Shown: positions 1-13,128 of the stretch, one piece after another
Layout of the letters: each line of letters starts with the position of its first letter
Position numbering within the stretch: the stretch's first letter is position 1
NCBI RefSeq assembly: GCF_036365525.1
Contig: NC_090414.1
Location: 20,173,846-20,237,845, forward strand
Length of the DNA stretch: 64,000 nt
Source of the DNA: Heterodontus francisci
Lineage: Eukaryota
Reading direction: 5' to 3'
Translations under genes and position numbers: made by a program
Notes under the pieces: generated by a model
The model's input: the letters and a program-made list of their open reading frames with translations, nothing else
The model's database searches: none
Told to the model about the DNA's origin: nothing

Positions 1-435
1 TCACCACCACCCTGTTGCTCCGACATCTTTCCATAATCTGTTTACATATTACGTTACAACGGTGATTGTAAAGATACTTCTTTGGCTGCGAAAGCGCTTT
101 GGGACGTCCTGAAGTCGTGAACGGTGCTATAGAAATGTAGGTGTTTGCAATAGCCCAAGCCTCTCCCTCATTAGCTCAGAGCCCTAACCCTAACCCATCC
201 CCCCCCCCCCCCCCCGTGCCTCCGTCTTGCACTGCCTCTGACTCCCCGCGTCTTGGCGACCGCAGCTTCAAGTGATGCCTACAGTTGCCCACTTCCCGAC
301 CCGTCGCCAGTCAGGCGCCCGCGAGGCCAAGAGGAGGAGTGGTGGTGGTGGGGGGGGGGGGGGTGGCAACCGTTCGGGAACCACGGCCGCACAATCTGCA
401 GCGTTTTGGCGGCCCACTCCCGCCCAAAAACCTAC

Positions 436-714
436 CGGTGGAAACTGGCCGCTGGGAGACCTTGGACCTCCTGCCGGCCACGCAGCCCTCGCCGGCCCGC
501 GCTCCCTGGCCGCACAGGAGCCTCTGTGAGCGCAGGTCCATCAGGCGGACGGCGGACTCATCGGTGGACCTGGGCCTGTTCCAGTTGCCGCTCAGGCGGG
601 GCAGCTGAGAGAGGGACTGCACGCTCCACCTCGAGCTGGACGGGCACTCGCTGTAGACGGACGTGCAGGAGGTCGAGAGGGAGCACGAGGTGCTGTCGCT
701 GACGTCGCAAAAAC
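436..714 (-). CDS. dact4: Dact gene coding exon 3; the final exon lies left of the window
   Basis: ctcag|GT TTT; GFCDVSDSTSCSLSTSCTSVYSEC...RPRSTDE...RPVSTG|gtagg closely parallels DACT2 exon 3 (SCSLSTSCASV, RPRSVDE, RPVSTG). Dact4 rather than Dact2 is inferred from synteny and the missing leucine zipper. Confidence 0.88.
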
Positions 715-1660
715 CTGAGGACGGCACAGAAAGATCCAAAACTCAAGAGTGTGCAAATCAGATGCCCACCAGACACATTATCACGAGCTCCCTCTAAATC
801 ACCAGCCCGCCTCCCGTCTAACATGTGAAGCAAGCGGCCAGACACTCCAGTGGGTTTGTTCCCCCCCCACCCCCCCCCCTGCCCACCCTCAACTCTGGCC
901 TCAGGAGCCGGGGCTTTTATTTTCCATTAATGTCCAAATGGGATTTCTGCAGCCTTTACGGCCTGGAGAATGGGAAACGGCTTCGAGGACTGGCTGACCA
1001 CCCCCCACCCCCCCGCCCCTGACCCCATCAGGAGACAGGACCTGACCCTCGAGGCCAAGTGATGCAAAAGTGGGGGCCATTCAGCCCCTCAAGCCTGTTC
1101 CGCCATTCTAACTCCATTTCCCCGCCTGGGTTCTGTAACCCTTAATCCCCTCAGCCAACTAAAACCTATCCATCCCAGTTTTGATATTTTCAATTGACCC
1201 CCCCCGGCCTCAGCAGCTTTCTGTGGGGGGGGGGGGGGGGGGGGGGGGAGGTGGGGAGAGAGTTCCTGATTTCCACCCCCCCCCACTCCCCCCTTTGTGT
1301 GAAGAAGTGCTTCTTGACATCACCCCCGAACGGCCCTGGCTCTACGTTTAGGGTTCTGCCCCCTTGTTCTGGACTCCTCCCCCCCCCCCCCCCCCACCAG
1401 AGGAAATAGTTTCTCTCTATCGACCCCCATCGAATCCTTTAATCATCTTAAACCCCTCGATTACATCACCCCCTTATCTTCTACACTCGAGGGAATACAA
1501 GCCCACTCTGTGCAGCCTGTCCTCCTAATTTAACCCCTTTTAGCCCTAATATCATTCTGGGAATCTGCGTTGGCTGATATATCCTCCCTCCGTGCCCTGG
1601 TTTTATTTTCAAAAAGGGTCAGGGGGCGGTGGCGACAGCTGGCACCGTGACTCGGATCAC

Positions 1661-2156
1661 CTGAACTGGGCCTGGAGTCGGAATCCGGGTTGTCCAGGGG
1701 CCCTTCGGCCAGCTGCGTCCTCAGTCCCAGCTGCTTCGGCTCCCCCGAGCGGCCGTCCAGCTCCAGGTGTTGCTCGGGGGCAGCGGGCGAGCCCCTTGCC
1801 CCCCGCTGCGGGCCGGGAGCCCTCGCCGTCCCCGGACGCCCGCTGCCGCCCTCCGCCCGGGCGAGCCCCGCGTCAGCGTCTTCCGTCCCGTCGGGCGGCG
1901 GCGGAGGAGGCCGGCCGAGAGGCGGGCAGCCAGCCCCTGCCCCTTCTGCGGCGGTCCTGCGGGCGCACGAGGCCTCTCCCTGCCCACAAGCCGCCTCCGG
2001 GCAGGAGAGAGGGAGGAGGGGCTCAGCGTCCAGGGTAGGGTTCTGTTGGCCGAAGTCGGACTGGTCTTGGCTGCTGCCCAGGTGAAGCTCGATCAGCTCT
2101 TGGTTACAATTCTGCAATGGTTGTTCCTCCATTTCATCAGGTCCCATCGGGTAAGA
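1661..2156 (-). CDS. dact4: Dact gene coding exon 2 (long Gly/Pro/Ala-rich exon ending DSDSRPSSG)
   Basis: Acceptor tttttttgcag|TCT (phase 0, matches exon 1); ends in the Dact motif DSRPSS-G|gtgatc (phase 1). Confidence 0.8.
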
Positions 2157-2224
2157 CTGCAAAAAAATTTTTTTTTTAAAACTGCATTAGAAACTGGGTC
2201 CGGCCATTAACTTTGCTCATTTAA

Positions 2225-2520
2225 CCTCCACAGCCTCCTCCAGCCCCACAACCCTCCGAGATCTCTGCGCTCCTCCATTTCCGCCCTCTTGTCCATCCCC
2301 CGATTCCCATCGCTCCACCATTGGCGGCCGTGCCTTCAGCTGCCTGGGGCCCCTAAGCTCTGGAATTCCCTCCCTAAACCTCTTCTTCTCGCCTCCTTTA
2401 AGACGCTCCTTAAAAACCGACCTCTTTGACCGAGCTTTCAGTCACCTGTCCCTAATATCTCCTTATGTGGCTCGGGGTCAATTTCTGTCTGATAACGATC
2501 CTGTGAAGCTTGGGAAAGGT
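2225..2520 (+). mobile_element. L2/CR1-group LINE 3' fragment (related copies ~10880-11300, 33840-34040, 54250-54740 and 50650-50950 minus)
   Basis: Shared block ctccgagatctctgcgctcctcc...ccattggcggccgtgccttcagctgcctggg...ctctggaattccctccctaaacctc recurs across the window. Confidence 0.75.
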
Positions 2521-3004
2521 TACGACATTTCACGTTGTCCTGGTTTACATGTTTAAAAAAAACAGCCCTGATCTCGAAATCTTATTGACGCTGTTCTTTC
2601 TCTCTGTCCTGGAGTAACTGCAGCAATAAACTCCCAGTGAGGTTCGAAGGCTGGAAACGAGAGCTGTGCATCACCCCGCACCACCCCCCCCCCCCCCCCC
2701 CAAACCTAACAAACAGGCGAACCGATGGAGTACTGTGGGTTGACGGTGCACGCACATGGTGTCCATTTGAACAGTGTTTTAAAAGCCGATAAGGACAGAC
2801 AGTCCCTGGAGAGAGAGAACTTTGAACCCAAGGTGCGTACAGTTGGTCACCAGGAGCGAGAGAGACATTTTTTTGAGGGAGGGCGGCAGATTATGAGACA
2901 TCACTCCAGAGATTCCGTGCCCCCGATCACACCCTCAATTTACCCCAGTACCCTCCAAATTACAATCAGCCAAGGGGTTCCCGCGCCTCAGGCCCCCCTG
3001 CTTG

Positions 3005-5070
3005 AATAGAATAACAGATACCCGGGAGTGAGTTACAGACTGGAATCTAATGGAGGGGTTCGGGGGGTTTATATATAGAATAACAGATACCCGGGAGTGA
3101 GTTACAGACTGGAATCTAATGGAGGGGTTCGGGGGGTTTATATATAGAATAACAGATACCCGGGAGTGAGTTACAGACTGGAATCTAATGGAGGGGTTCG
3201 GGGGGTTTATATATAGAATAACAGATACCCGGGAGTGAGTTACAGACTGGAATCTAATGGAGGGGTTCGGGGGGTTTATATATAGAATAACAGATACCCG
3301 GGAGTGAGTTACAGACTGGAATCTAATCGAGGGGTTCCGGGGGTTCATATATAGAATAACAGATACCCGGGAGTGAGTTACAGACTGGAATTTAATCGAG
3401 GGGTTCGGGTTGTTTATATATAGAATAACAGATACCCGGGAGTGAGTTACAGACTGGGATCTAATCGAGGGGTTCGGGGGGGGGTTTATATATAGAATAA
3501 CAGATACCCGGGAGTGAGTTACAGACTGGAATCTGATCGAGGGGTTCGGGGGGGTTTATATATAGAATAACAGATACCCGGGAGTGAGTTACAGACTGGA
3601 ATCTAATCGAGGGGTTCGGGTGGTTTATATATGGAATAGCAGATACACGGGAGTGAGTTACAGACTGGAATCTAATCGAGGGGTTCGGGGGTGTTTATAT
3701 ATAGAATAACAGATACCCGGGAGTGAGTTACAGACTGGATTCTAATCGAGGGGTCGGGGGGGGTTATATATAGAATAACAGATACCCGGGAGAGAGTTAC
3801 AGGCTGGAATCTAATCGAGGGGTTCGGGGTGGTTTATATATAGAATAACAGATACCCGGGAGTGAGTTACAGACTGGAATCTAATCGAGGGGTTCGGGGT
3901 GGTTTATATATAGAATAACAGATACCCGGGAGTGAGTTACAGACTGGAATCTAATCGAGGGGTTCGGGTGGTTTATATATGGAATAACAGATACCCGGGA
4001 GTGAGTTACAGACTGGATTCTAATCGAGGGGTCGGGGGGGTTTATATATAGAATAACAGATACCCGGGAGTGAGTTACAGACTGGAATCTAATCGAGGGG
4101 TTCGGGTGGTTTATATATAGAAAAACAGATACCCGGGAGTGAGTAACAGACTGGATTCTAATCGAGGGGTCGGGGGGGTTTATATATAGAATAACAGATA
4201 CCCGGGAGTGAGTTACAGACTGGAATCTAATCGAGGGGTTCGGGGTGGTTTATATATAGAAAAACAGATACCCGGGAGTGAGTTACAGACTGGAATCTAA
4301 TCGAGGGGCTCGGTGGTGTTTCTATATAGATTAACAGATACCCGGGAGTGAGTTACAGACTGGAATCTAATGGAGGGGTTCGGGTGGTTTATATATAGAA
4401 TAACAGATACCCGGGAGTGAGTTACAGACTGGAATCTAATCGAGGGGTTCGGGTGTTTATATATAGAATAACAGATACCCGGGAGTGAGTTACAGGCTGG
4501 AATCTAATCGAGGGGTTCGGGTGGTTTATATATAGAATAACAGATACCCGGGAGTGAGTTACAGACTGGAATCTAATCGAGGGGTTCAGGTGTTTATATA
4601 TAGAATAATAGATCCCCGGGAGTGAGTTACAGACTGGAATCTAATCGAGGGGTTCGGGTGTTTATATATAGAATAACAGATACCCGGGAGTGAGTTACAG
4701 ACTGGAATCTAATCGAGGGGTTTGGGGGGAGTTTATATATAGAATAACAGATACCCGGGATTGAGTTACAGACTGGAATCTAATCGAGGGGTTCGGGTGG
4801 TTTATATATAGAATAACAGATACCCGGGATTGAGTTACAGACTGGAATCTAATCGAGGGGTTCGGGTGGTTTATATATAGAATAACAGATACCCGGGAGT
4901 GAGTTACAGACTGGAATCTAATCGAGGGGTTCGGGTGGTTTATATATAGAATAACAGATACCCGGGATTGAGTTACAGGCTGGAATCTAATCGAGGGGTT
5001 CGGGTGGTTTATATATAGAATAACAGATACCCGGGATTGAGTTACAGGCTGGAATCTAGTGGAGGGGTTC
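3005..5070. repeat. ~60-bp minisatellite, roughly 34 copies, in Dact intron 1
   Basis: Tandem unit gaataacagatacccgggagtgagttacagactggaatctaatcgaggggttcggggtggtttatatata. Confidence 0.97.
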
Positions 5071-6359
5071 AGGATGGGGTGGAGTTGGTGGTTTAAAAAT
5101 GGAACAGAAGACTGAAGCTCCTGCAGCTCGGAGCAGTCATGCGAAGCCAATGATTAAATTCCTGCCTGGGTCTGGATTGCAGGTACACATTGTTCTACCA
5201 CGTCAGGCAGTTTAAGCCCAGCCCTGCAGCTTTTCATCGGCCCTTTATCTGATTGTTGGTTGTTTACACGAGAGACTAAGTGTAGACTGACGTGCTTTAA
5301 CAAACACAGGGCTCAGTGATTACAGAGCAGTAATTACTTCATCAGCCTCTGCTCCAGCTTAAGAAACCTCTTATCTATAAATTAGCTCAAAGCGACTCCA
5401 TATTCCTTCTTTGAAGCAGGTTAAAATGCCTTAACTCTTTGCCTGGATCCTCGCTCAAACAGGTGTTGTCCTGCTGCCCTCCCTCAGGCCCCTCGTGATC
5501 TTTGATAGCTGGGCAATTCAACTGCGGAGGCCGTCGCCACCTGGCCTGGCACAGTCCTTGATTTGTCCAGCCGGGGGTTGTGTTTGTTGGGAGACGGTGG
5601 AGTGGGGCGAGGGTACCACTGGGCTGGGGGGCAAGGCTGATGTGCCCCCCCCCCTGCTGAATGCAGGCTGGGATTCCTATAAATCCCAGGCACCGGATGT
5701 CCGAATCCCTCTGGGCTTCCGGCCTGTTCACAGAATTGTTAAATGCGCAAGAAGGAAGCCATTCGGCCCCATCGCGTCCGCCCTCCCCCCGGATCACCGC
5801 CACGTGGCAGCCCCCCCACCCCACCACCCCTGCCCGAGGAAACAGGCCTCAGCTGGAAAGGCAGTCGTGACAGAGCAAAGGCCTGCTCGTCACACTCTCT
5901 CTCTCTCTGTTCTCCAGATCCCGTCCGCCATGCCCAGCAGCGCATGGCACCGTCCTGGTGTGGGTGGCCACCAAGCGGAGACGCCTCTCTCCTACCCGAG
6001 ACACGAAAGGTGAACTCGCGATTTGCTGTATAATATATACTTAAGGAATTAAATTCACTGCAGCATGAGGCCCTAATTTATATTTACAGACTCTCGGTAA
6101 CTCCAAAGCAAGATTCGGCAATCAGAACAACATGTAGTTAGACAGCACCAGACATGAAAACAATCAAGGGATGATCACCCATCACGATGCTATGGGTGTG
6201 TCACTCACCAACCCTATATTTAAGAGTAAATTAACCCCCTCTCTCTCCGTGTGCACAGCCAGGCTGTGGATTCTCGTTGGATCTTGCAGGAAACCACAAG
6301 CTAGGTACACACTTCAGTCGTGCAGTCACTGCCCCAGGGCCCAGCCGTGTGATTGAAGT

Positions 6360-6740
6360 TTTATCTTTGTGTTGGGGATGTGAGTGTCGCTGGCTCGACC
6401 CAGCGTTTATTGCCCATCCCGAATTGCCCTTGAGAAGGTGGTGGTGAGCTGCCTTCTTGAACCGCTGCAGTCCGTGTGGGGTAGGTACACCCACAGTGCT
6501 GTTAGGGAGGGAGTTCCAGGATTTTGACCCAGCGACAGTGAAGGAACGGCCGATATAGTTCCGAGTCAGGGTGGTGTGTGACTTGGAGGGGAACTTGCAG
6601 GTGGTGGTGTCCCCATGCATCTGCTACCCTTGTCCTTCTAGTTGGTAGAGGTCGCGGGTTTGGAAGGTGCTGTCTAAGGAGCCTTGGTGCATTGCTGCAG
6701 TGCATCTTGTAGATGGTACACACTGCTGCCACTGTGCACA
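6360..6740 (-). mobile_element. Non-LTR retrotransposon 3' fragment
   Basis: Minus translation ...GSKSWNSLPNSTVG...LQRFKKAAHHHLLKG, a typical LINE ORF2 C-terminus; related piece near 45230-45410. Confidence 0.7.
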
Positions 6741-8230
6741 ATATAACAAGTCACCTGCTGGGCATCCCCTCCCCCACCACCATCATTGAGGATGGGGATG
6801 TTTGTGGAACCCCCTCTCTTCCCGTTTGTTGTTTAATTGTCCACCACCATTCATGACTGGACAGGGAGGCCATTCAGCCCCTCGGCCCTCTCCTCCAGTC
6901 ATGGCCGATCTGTACCCGACTTCATTCACCCACTGTTGCTCCCTTGATATCTCTTACCCAACAAACAGCTGCCTATCTGTTTCGAAAGTTCACCCCCCGC
7001 CCCCGGCTTCGACAGCTTTTCTGGGGGGGGGGGGGGGGGGGAAGAGTTCCAGATCTCCACTGCCCTTTGTGTGAAGAAGTGCTTCCTGGCATCACCCCTG
7101 AATGGCCCTGGCTCTCAATTTAAGGGAATTTTGAGGGCCAACAAACCCAGTCTGGGAAACATATCCCTTTAACCCTTCAAATCCCAGCACCATTCCAGTG
7201 ATTTGCACTGAACTCTCAGTATATCCTGCATGAGATGCAGTGCCTAAGGCAGTTTCACTCATTGTCAAAGAAAAGCCCCCACCTCCCGGGAAACCCCCCC
7301 CCCCCCCCCCCCAACTCCATTCAAACGCTCTCCAGGCAGATTAACTGGGCCCTTCGAATCAAAACAGAGGCAGGAGAGTCGAAATCAGCATTTGAAAAGG
7401 CAAAGATTGGCCAGCACCCCAGGTGTAACCTGTTGGAACATTGGCTGGGCCGGAGAAATCTATTGTGTCGCTTTCTATGAGCCCCCATCGCGGGGTGCAG
7501 CTGCCTCTTAAAGGGCCCTGCACCCCGGCCGGCCTGCTCCCGGCTCTTTCGCTCAATCAGCTGGGGAAAAGTCGCTCGGCTCCCTGATCCCGAACAGCAA
7601 GACTGCAGCCGGCCTCCCGCTGGGATTCAACGCAGCTGATCGAGGAGTAGAGGCGGCGCACCGAGACCCCGTCTCCCAGAATCCCCCAGGTCAGGAACCA
7701 CCTCTTGGCATCTGTTCCCAAACACCCGCCGCACCGGGACTCACCTCCTTAGAGGTAAATTACTTTGAACTGGGCTGGGGGAGGGGCGTACAAGTCATTT
7801 TACGCACAGAAAGATCCCACTACGAGACAAGAGTACGAGCGCATCCGCTAATTGGTGGCGCCATGGGATCTTCCACATCCACCTGAGAGGGCAGACGGGG
7901 TCGGCGGGCGGGGGGCTCGGTTTAACATCTCACCCGAAAGACAGCGCCCGAGACAGTGCAGCACCCCCTCAGTACTGGCGCCGACCGGGAGAGTCGGCCT
8001 GGATGATGCGCTGAGCTCCCTGGAGCGGGGCGGGTGAATCGGACACTACAGGGGGAACATGGGGAGAGGGGGAAGGCCATTCAGCCCCTCGAGCCTGTCC
8101 TGGCACTCAACCAGATCAGGGCTGATCAACCCCTCAGCTCACAGTTACCGTCCAGAGGCTGAATCAGAGGCTTTTTTTTTCTGGTCCAGGTCCCAGAATG
8201 GTCCCCAATCCCATGAAATCCCTCTCCTAC

Positions 8231-8479
8231 CTGCTCAGTGCTCCTGGCACCTCCATCGCCCCGGGTCACCATCTCCTCCTCCTCTTCCTCCTCCTCTGGC
8301 TCTGCACCCGGGACATCCTGCCCCTGCTCCCCCAGCACCTTCCGCACCGTCTCCCGGTGCCTCTCCCGGAGCAGCCGGAGCTCCTGCAGGCCGGCCAGGC
8401 TGGCTTGCAGCCTCTCCCCGATCCGGTGGCGATCGAGCCCGGGGCTGGTGGCTCCTGCTGCAGCCGCCTTCCGAGCCAT
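8231..8479 (-). CDS. dact4: Dapper/Dact family gene (probably Dact4), coding exon 1
   Basis: ATG at 8479; encodes DRHRIGERLQASLAGLQELRLLRERHRETVRKVL, matching the Dact N-terminal motif (RERLEATLAGLAEL in DACT1); ends CAG|gtagga, phase 0. Confidence 0.85.
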
Positions 8480-11400
8480 TGGCCCAGCCGCCTTTCCCCC
8501 CTACCCCTCCTCCTCCTCCTCCTCCTCCTCAGTCAAGGAGGAAAACCCCGGGACACAATGTAACGTGGCTGAAATGTATCGAGTCAGTTTCACTGAGTCC
8601 AAATGGATACAAAGTAACAGGCAGCTCAGCTGCTGATAGGCTGGGGCCAGTCAGGTGGCTTCCTCAGGGGGGGGCGTGGCCTGTCCCCTCTCTCTCTGAT
8701 CCCTGATAGGAGGAAAACTCCAATTGGCTGGGCAAGACATTTCAAATCAACCTTCAGCATTTGTGAGAGAAATGTTCATCATTTCAAGTGGGTTTAAAAG
8801 TTTTGCCCCCTCCCCCCTGCATCCCAAGGCTTTGCCCCCCCCCCCACCCAAAGGTGCATCCCGCCGCTGGGCAAGCGGGACCCACATCTACCACCCCGCC
8901 CCCCTCCAAACCCCCCACTGACTGCCCTCTCATTTACCCCAATCTAACCCGGCCTTCCGATGCGCCCCATTGTATGTCCATGCCGAACCCCCCCCCCCTC
9001 CCTCCCAACGCCCATTCAGTTTTGCTATGTAAACCGTCACGGTGCCGTTGTGGGCTCCAGCCACCGGGTGCCGCTATGGAGCGAGTCTCTCGCCCGAATC
9101 TGCCGCCATCCATCATACTCAAATGAAACTCGTCATCCCCGGCGGGTGGGTGCCGCCACCGGGGGAGGGGCAAGTTAGTTTGAGGGGCTGAATGGCCTGC
9201 TGCCATTCCCAGGTTGCTCAACCCACCTCCCACCCCAGAGGCGCGAGCGCATAACCTAAGCTGGCACTCCCAGCGCAACGCCGAGGGAGGTGCTACACCG
9301 TCGGGGGTGCCGCCGTCTGGTGAGGAGCGTGCGAAATGTTCCTGTCGAAATGCTCCCCTGTGCACAAAACCTCCTTCGTGCTGTCCCGGTTTGTTTAGGG
9401 GTTTTTTTTCCGGTCCCCTTTTCCCTGCCCACGTCCCATTGTACATCAACGGCTCCCATTCAGTTTTGCTATGTAAACCGTCACGGTGTAGTTGCAGGCT
9501 CCGGGCCACCAGGTGTCACTGTGGAGTGGGTCTCTGTCTGTCTCCTGAATCAGGCCACCATCTTTAATATTAAAATAAAACTCATCAGCTTAGGGGGCAG
9601 CACCCTGGGCAAGTTATCGGAGAAATAATTGCAGGTAGAACACACTTACGTTTTCATAGCGCCTCTCACACCCAAGGAAGCACTTTTTTTTTAAAAATGT
9701 GGTGATGTAGGAAATCCGGCAGCCGATTTGTGCACAGGAAGATCCCACAAACAGCATCAATCTGATTTTTTTTTCTATGTTGGTTGAGGGATAAGTAATT
9801 GGTCCCAGGCCTTTGATGGAAGAACAGCAGGGGGGGAGGGGGGGGGGGTGTGCTGTGCACACATTGGTTGCCGCGTTGCCTACATCACAGCGCTTCAGAA
9901 GGCGCTTCATTGGCTGTAAAAGCGCTCTGGGGCGTCCTGGGGTGCTGAGGGGTGCTATGGCAATGCAGGTCTGATCTTTCTGAATTCTCCCCTGAGCTTT
10001 CTCGACTTGAGGATCCCAGAGCTCAGACAGCGTCAGTTCGGCTGCACTTTCCTGCACCTCCCCCCCCCCCCCACCCCCCACACCCCCCACACCCCCCCAA
10101 ACCACCCCCGGATGGAGAAGAGTGTCCCGGACTCCGGAAAGGGACTCCGATGATTCCTGAAGGGAAAAGAGATTGGGGAACAAACTCCCTGGACTGCAAC
10201 AGAGCGCCGCTTTGTGGAGCCTTCGAGAACTGCGCTGCTCATCTCACTGGCTTTCAAAGAGGCAGGGATATATTCAGCCACGCATTCGCGCCTCGTTCCC
10301 CATTATTACATAGTAACACAGCATTTACAGAAACAGGCCATTCGGCCCATCTGCTCCGTGCTGGTGTTTCTGCCCCACACGAGCCTCCTCCCACCCCCCC
10401 TCCATCTCACCCCATCACCATCCCCTTCCATTCCTTTCTCCCTCATGTGTTTATCCAGCTTCCCCTTAAATGTATCGATACTATTCACCTCGACCACTCC
10501 CTGTGGTAGCGAGTTCCACATTCTCCCCACTCTCCGGGGAAAGGAATTTCTCCTGAATCCCCGATTGGATTTATTAGTGACTGTCTTATATTGATGCCCC
10601 CCGAGTTCTGGTCTCGCCCGCAAGTGGGAACATCTTCTCTATATCGACCCAGTCAAATCCTATCATAATCTTCAAGACATCTATCAGGTCACCCCTCAGC
10701 CTTCTCCCTTTGAGAGAAAAGAGTCCCAGCCTCTTCAATCTTTCCCTATGGGATCTGCAAATTTTGAAATTGTAATTGTTCAAAGTCTCTACTGGTTCAG
10801 GGTCAACATGTGTTACAATACAAAAAAAAACACACAGACTAGGAAGGTCCCAGGTCTGTCGTTGTGGGGCACTGCTCCACTTTAAAATTCTCATCCTTGT
10901 TCTCAAATCCCTCCATGGCCTCCTCGCCCCCTCCCTCCCTATCTCTGTAACCTCCTCCAGCCGCTACAACCCTCCCTATCTCTGTCACCCCCCTCCAGCC
11001 CTGACAACCCTCTGAGATCTCTGCGCTCCTCCAATTCCGCCCTCTTGTCCATCCCCCGATTCCCATCGCTCCACCATTGGCGGCCGTGCCTTCAGCTGCC
11101 TGGGGGCCCTAAGCTCTGGAATTCCCTCCCTAAACCTCTCCGCCTCTCTCTCTCCTCCTTTAAGACGCTCCTTAAAAACCGACCTCTTTGACCGAGCTTC
11201 AGGTCACCTGACCTTCCGTGGCTCGGTGTCAAATCTTGTCCATTGAGTCTCCCGTGAAGCATCTCGGGATGTTTTCTTGTGTTAAAGCTGCTCTATAAAT
11301 GCAAGTTGTTGTTGTGACGCTGTGTGCACCCTATCTCCCATTAAAATAGGCACAGCTTCCGTTCCCAGTCTGTTCGCAGCCACTTGGCTAGAGGGGGGCT

Positions 11401-12173
11401 ACGATTGGTCTCAGGGAGGGCGGGGAACAGTCCCTGCCTCCTGACTCCTGCTGGAAAGTGCGCGCTTCGAGTGGAGACAGGATTGGCCGTGCCTGCGATG
11501 CCTCCCATGGTTGAACATCCAGCCAACTGCCCTGGGACTGGATGAAATCAATGCATTTGGTGGTGATTGTGTGTGTGGGGAGGGGGGGCGGGTGGTGGAG
11601 TTCACAGCACAGGGTGAGAGCAGGTGACTCAGCAGAGGGCTGGAGTGGACCCTGGGCACCCTCCACCCCCCTCCTCTGTGTGTGTGGGGCTGACGACCAT
11701 AGTGGAAATGCTCTTGATATTTCGCAGATTTTCTCTTTAACCGCAGCGAGTTGTTGTGATCTGGAACGCGCTGCCTGAAAAGGGCGGCGGAAGCAGATTC
11801 AATCGTGACTTTCAAAAAGGGGAATTGGGTAAATACTTGAAAAGGAAAAAAAAAAATTACAGGGAGGGGAGTGGGGCTAATTAGATGGCTCTGTCAATGA
11901 GCCAGCACGGGGACAATGGGCTGAATGGCCTCCTCTCACTCTAAGAACCCATGTGCAGTGCAGTGTGAGCCCAAGACCCATGTGCAATTGGTGAAAGTCA
12001 GTTTCACACAGCTGCTGAAGCCCTGGAATTGACCCGGATAAAATTAAACACTGGCCATTTTTTTTTTAACCAGGATTAATTGGAGGCAGAGGGTAAATGG
12101 TTTGAGAGGAGATGAGGGCCAATCCTGCTGGGTCACTTATTAAGAAGGGCCAGAGAGAGGATCGAGTTTTGAA

Positions 12174-12231
12174 ATGGCTCCCTCAAAGAGGTGTACGGAC
12201 TGCAGAAGCTTCAAGGAGAACCGCAGCCTGG
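12174..12231 (+). CDS. map1lc3c: MAP1LC3C-like (ATG8 family) coding exon 1
   Basis: ATG GCT CCC...MAPSKRCTDCRSFKENRSL G|gtgaga; 58 nt, phase 1 as in LC3C. Confidence 0.85.
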
Positions 12232-12486
12232 GTGAGATCTTCCCCTCCAATTAGAAATTACATTTGCAAATTTCACACTTTGTTTTTTTTCCTTAAAAGT
12301 ATGCTTCCAAACTTTCTGGAATTTTATTGTGAAAATGGAAAGCAAAAGTTCTTAAAAAAAAAAACTTTCCCAACTCTGCAAAACATTTACTTTCAATGGC
12401 AGAACTTTTCCACAAACTTTTTTTAAATTCTAAATTCCAACTAATTTGTGACTTTCCACCCCCCTCCCCCCCACCCTCTCCCCAAG

Positions 12487-12542
12487 CTCTGAGGAAAAGT
12501 GAAGTCAGTAACATCCGCAGTAAGTTTCCCCACAAACTACCG
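12487..12542 (+). CDS. map1lc3c: MAP1LC3C-like exon 2
   Basis: caag|CT...ALRKSEVSNIRSKFPHKLP|gtgag; cf. LC3C AIRQEEVAGIRAKFPNKIP. Confidence 0.92.
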
Positions 12543-13021
12543 GTGAGCATCACTTTTCTTTTGTTCGGGTTGTGGGGAAGGATGTGTCTGTAAGGGATTG
12601 TGTTGTATTATAGATGATTTATATAAGACTTCTTATTTTATGTTAAACCATTTGCCTTGTGACACAACCCTGCATAAAAGAATAGCAGACTGGGTAGGCA
12701 AGAGGCTTGAATTAAATCAACCCTTTAAAACCTTGGGAACTCTTCTGCTTTTTGTCAAATAAAAGAGCTCTGTTTACTTTTTAATTTGTCCCCAAATCTT
12801 GACACTTGCTCAAGTCCTGGTACTTCAGTCTGCTAGTGGCTTTGCTAAAATATTAACTGTTTAATTATCTCAAGGTCGTGATTTTTTGTGTGTGTGTGTG
12901 TGTGTGTTGGCAACTGTGGGAAGCTCAAACGGTAGCTAATTGAGGCAGAAGTGAGCAGAATGGAGCCACAGTACATGCTGGATGTTAGTCTGTCATCTTT
13001 GCCTCTTCCTCCCCCGACCAG

Positions 13022-13128
13022 GTGATAGTGGAGCGTTACCCCAAGGAGAGGTCTCTGCCTCAACTGGATAAGTCAAAGTACCTTGTACCCCTGGAGCTCA
13101 GTCTGTGTCAGTTTATGATCATTATTCG
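13022..13128 (+). CDS. map1lc3c: MAP1LC3C-like exon 3
   Basis: ccag|VIVERYPKERSLPQLDKSKYLVPLELSLCQFMIIIR|gtgag. Confidence 0.95.

Noticed and set aside
3005-5070. CRISPR-like regular array
   Set aside because: No unique spacers and no cas genes; it is an ordinary eukaryotic minisatellite. The same applies to the 29.2, 41.6, 52.9 and 58.6 kb arrays.
5387-5520. Possible extra Dact exon within intron 1
   Set aside because: No Dact motif and no convincing splice pair; exons 1 and 2 already join in frame.
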